NCBI GenBank assembly: GCA_030668825.1 | Contig: DAOVET010000018.1 | Span: forward strand, 1 to 39,416 | Direction: 5' to 3' | DNA length: 39,416 nt | DNA from: Candidatus Heimdallarchaeota archaeon | GTDB lineage: Archaea > Asgardarchaeota > Heimdallarchaeia > Heimdallarchaeales > Heimdallarchaeaceae | Shown: positions 37,039-39,416 of the stretch, piece by piece | Layout of the letters: every line of letters begins with the position of its first letter | Numbering within the stretch: the first letter of the stretch is position 1 | The notes under the pieces: model-generated | Seen by the model: only the letters and a program-made list of their open reading frames with translations | Told to the model about the DNA's origin: nothing | Databases searched by the model: none | Translations under genes and position numbers: made by a program

Positions 37039-37897
37039 GATCTATACTCCTCTTTTCCACAAAATTACCCAAACCTAGTTCATTATTCGCATTCTTCCTC
37101 TTTATTAAAGAACGATACCTGTAGATCTTCCTTTTCAGAAATTCTAAATCTACTTTATACTTATTTTCCAGTAAAATCCAGTAAGCATGAATCATTCCTC
37201 TATCAGAGATATACAAAGTAAGAAGACTTGAAACCATTACCAAAGCAGCATCTTCAATATCTATCTTAGGAATAATCCTATCATCAATAAGATCAAAAGC
37301 CTTCATCTGAATAAAATCAAGTGTGCCTTCATTCTGAGGAGAGAATAGCACAATCTCGTTTATCAGCTGAGTAACCCTGTTCTTCAACATAGGACTAAAA
37401 ATATTATTCCTTTTTCTTTGAATGTAACCTGCAGCAAAAAGCTCAGATTGTGTCTTTTTCATAGAGAAATAACTGAATATCTTACCCTTCTTTAACCCCA
37501 AAAAATCTCTAACATGTTCAATGTGATTAGGTGATAACTTGTTACCCACTAAAGTTAGACGGAAATCTAACAGTGCTAAAAAGTGGTTAGCAACGTGATT
37601 TTTGGTGAAATATTTATTTGAACCATAATCTTCAAGAAAATCAGGTAAAAGCTTCTGAAATTGCATGATAACCTCAGTAACAATTTTGCCAGGATAATAC
37701 TCCAAGAAAATGTTAGAGAGTTGATCGATGAAAGTCATGATGCGATTCGTACGATCTTCTTCAGGATTAACAAAATAGCTCTTTACAATACTAGCTTTGC
37801 GTAAGCCAGGAGCCAAAATTTGTGAGAGATCATGAGGGGAAAGGTAGGTGCCAAGCACACCACCTTGTTCCTCAAATCGTTGTTGTGCCACGCTCAT
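37004..37897 (-). CDS. Hypothetical helical protein (weak resemblance to a cyclin/TFB core)
   Basis: 297-aa ORF with upstream TATATAA; the fold guess is weak. Confidence 0.55.
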   Translation of the reverse strand: MSVAQQRFEEQGGVLGTYLSPHDLSQILAPGLRKASIVKSYFVNPEEDRTNRIMTFIDQLSNIFLEYYPGKIVTEVIMQFQKLLPDFLEDYGSNKYFTKNHVANHFLALLDFRLTLVGNKLSPNHIEHVRDFLGLKKGKIFSYFSMKKTQSELFAAGYIQRKRNNIFSPMLKNRVTQLINEIVLFSPQNEGTLDFIQMKAFDLIDDRIIPKIDIEDAALVMVSSLLTLYISDRGMIHAYWILLENKYKVDLEFLKRKIYRYRSLIKRKNANNELGLGNFVEKRSIDHGNTSIHSRYL

Positions 37898-38033
37898 AAT
37901 ATGTAGACCTTCTTGCCATGTCTAACAAAACAGCTCTGATTTGCTTATATATCACTTACTAGAAAAGTTGCAGTTAGGTTGCAGTTTGCGTCAGAAAAAA
38001 TTCTTGGGGTTTATATACCCTCAAAAAAGGAAG

Positions 38034-38104
38034 AACAGTTATAAATAGTGAAAGTAAAGTTTTCTTCTATGGGGAAAGAAGAGGAAGAACCTACTTTTGA
38101 AGAA
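38034..38104 (+). repeat. 71-bp direct repeat, copy 1
   Basis: AACAGTTATAAATAGTGAAAGTAAAGTTTTCTTCTATGGGGAAAGAAGAGGAAGAACCTACTTTTGAAGAA; 70/71 identical to 38871-38941. Confidence 0.95.
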
Positions 38105-38134
38105 ATACTCAAGATGTTGAATTGGCTAGCTTGA
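38069..38134 (+). CDS. Possible micro-ORF MGKEEEEPTFEEILKMLNWLA
   Basis: ATG about 30 nt after TTATAAATA; below the ORF-track cutoff. Confidence 0.3.
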   Translation: MGKEEEEPTFEEILKMLNWLA

Positions 38135-38138
38135 ACCA

Positions 38139-38495
38139 TTAGTTAAGTTCTTTCTCTTCATCTATTATTTTTTTAATTAATGGTTTTAATGCTGGAATAT
38201 CCTTTTGTATTGTTTCCCAAACCACAGCTTTGTTTACCCCAAAATAGACATGTATTAACTTATCTCTCATTCCTGTCATTTCCTTCCACGGAAGATTGGA
38301 ATATATGTCCTTTATTTCATCAGGTATTTCTTTCGCTGCTTCTCCTATGATTTCAAATGCTCTAATAACTGCGTAAGAAGTCTTATCATCAGTTTCGAAT
38401 TGATCGTAATCTATATCTTTTGTAAACTGCTCAATCTTTTCGATTGAATCAAGAATATCAATTAAGAAATCAACATAAACTCTTTTTGGATTCAA
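38139..38495 (-). CDS. HEPN (DUF86/HepT-like) RNase toxin
   Basis: AVIRAFEIIGEA, PWK.M.GMRDKLIHVYF (Rx4HxY motif). Confidence 0.93.
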   Translation of the reverse strand: MNPKRVYVDFLIDILDSIEKIEQFTKDIDYDQFETDDKTSYAVIRAFEIIGEAAKEIPDEIKDIYSNLPWKEMTGMRDKLIHVYFGVNKAVVWETIQKDIPALKPLIKKIIDEEKELN

Positions 38496-38821
38496 ACCTT
38501 GATAACCCCCTTGAGTATCTCTTTACCTATGTTTGGTTTAAGTGCATTTTTCATTACAAGATCAACTTTGATATGTAATATATCACTCAGATAATTCTCT
38601 AACCTAATAAACTGAAAAAGGGTTGGAATCTCATTGAATTCAACTAGTATATCTATATCACTCGATTCCTTCTGTTCATTTCTAATATAAGAACCAAAAA
38701 CACCTAAATAGTTGACTTTGAACTGTCGTTCAATATCCTTGTGATATTTTCTTAATGTTTCCAATATCAGAATAACTTTGCTATTTTCTCTTGATTCAAT
38801 CTCAGTCATACTATTCATCAT
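38492..38821 (-). CDS. Minimal nucleotidyltransferase (MntA-like) antitoxin
   Basis: GVFGSY.R.EQ...SDIDILVEF, KVDLV; 4-nt overlap with the HEPN gene. Confidence 0.93.
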   Translation of the reverse strand: MMNSMTEIESRENSKVILILETLRKYHKDIERQFKVNYLGVFGSYIRNEQKESSDIDILVEFNEIPTLFQFIRLENYLSDILHIKVDLVMKNALKPNIGKEILKGVIKV

Positions 38822-38870
38822 TTATTATATGTCACGATATAAAAATACTTTCTCTTTATTAACTCTGAAT

Positions 38871-38941
38871 AACAGTTATAAATAGTGAAAGTAAAGTTTT
38901 CTTCTATGTGGAAAGAAGAGGAAGAACCTACTTTTGAAGAA
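38871..38941 (+). repeat. 71-bp direct repeat, copy 2
   Basis: Single G/T difference from copy 1. Confidence 0.95.
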
Positions 38942-38974
38942 TTATTGGAACAATTACAAGGTAATAGATATTAA
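38906..38974 (+). CDS. Possible micro-ORF MWKEEEEPTFEELLEQLQGNRY
   Basis: Same promoter and ATG as copy 1, with a different tail. Confidence 0.3.
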   Translation: MWKEEEEPTFEELLEQLQGNRY

Positions 38975-38994
38975 AATAAAAAAATAGAAATTAA

Positions 38995-39408
38995 CTAGGA
39001 TTTATTCTTCTTCCTAGTTACTAAATAACTCAAAGAAATTACAGCAGTAATTATTATTCCAACTGTTGAGAAATCTGTTCTTGTTGGAGTTGGCTTTAAA
39101 GTATCATCTACTGTAAAAGTAAAGGATATCTGAACTATTCCTCTTATACTGTGTTGTACTTGGATTGCTACCGTATGAATGCCATCTGGTCCTGGAACTA
39201 CAATTTCATATGGAGTATCAAATGAAACTAAAGGTTCTGCATCTATTTGATATTTTATCCAGTTTAAATCTGTTGGGTCAACATCAAAAGTAAGTACTGT
39301 ATCTGAAAAAACTGTATCACCATTGGAATGCGAAGTTAGTGAGACAATTTCGCTTAGTTCCACGCTGCAAGAACCAACATATATTCCATCTACCCACTTG
39401 ACAACAAG
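38995..39408 (-). CDS. C-terminal fragment of a surface protein (Ig-like domain plus TM anchor)
   Basis: Y.ID...PY.I..P..DG.HT..I motif, then PTPT, TM and RKK. Frame is open up to an in-frame TAG at 39409-39411 at the window edge. Confidence 0.7.
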   Translation of the reverse strand, partial: LVVKWVDGIYVGSCSVELSEIVSLTSHSNGDTVFSDTVLTFDVDPTDLNWIKYQIDAEPLVSFDTPYEIVVPGPDGIHTVAIQVQHSIRGIVQISFTFTVDDTLKPTPTRTDFSTVGIIITAVISLSYLVTRKKNKS

Positions 39409-39416
39409 CTAGTAGG

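Noticed and set aside
37967-38020. GTTGCAGTT twice and a GGGT-TTATAT-ACCC hairpin next to direct repeat copy 1
   Set aside because: Short and not repeated at copy 2, so no function can be supported.
38034-38941. Direct repeats as a CRISPR array or integron attC sites
   Set aside because: Only two copies, 71 bp long with a 766-bp interval, no palindromic attC structure, and no cas or intI genes.

Overview
AT-rich, gene-dense archaeal chromosomal segment, most likely from an Asgard archaeon (Heimdallarchaeia-like). This is inferred from an Arf/Sar1-like GTPase fused to a longin/roadblock domain, a longin+DENN-like protein, many C-terminally anchored surface proteins and leaderless TATA promoters. 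Core content: three tandem beta-helix surface proteins; amino-acid catabolism (split formiminotransferase/cyclodeaminase, lysine 6-aminotransferase, SDR threonine dehydrogenase, ADP-forming acyl-CoA synthetase alpha, orphan peptide-binding protein); a reductive dehalogenase; IMPDH with a LAGLIDADG intein; a radical SAM/SPASM enzyme; an MNT-HEPN toxin-antitoxin pair. The most interesting observations are: (1) a PEF-CTERM surface protein with eight Ig-like repeats, each with an invariant inward-facing Gln (first strand) and Cys (last strand), a candidate new self-crosslinking thioester repeat; (2) a 1.43-kb TnpB-only element with a Fanzor-type rearranged RuvC and symmetric subterminal inverted repeats, inserted at an ATG so that exact excision restores a 205-aa membrane protein; (3) a 71-bp direct repeat (promoter plus micro-ORF start) bracketing the TA pair; (4) a stand-alone ~90-nt structured RNA candidate; (5) a 35-bp in-frame inverted repeat linking two divergent zinc-ribbon membrane genes; (6) a PIP-box on a DUF72 protein. 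All family calls come from motif recognition by eye; no searches were run.
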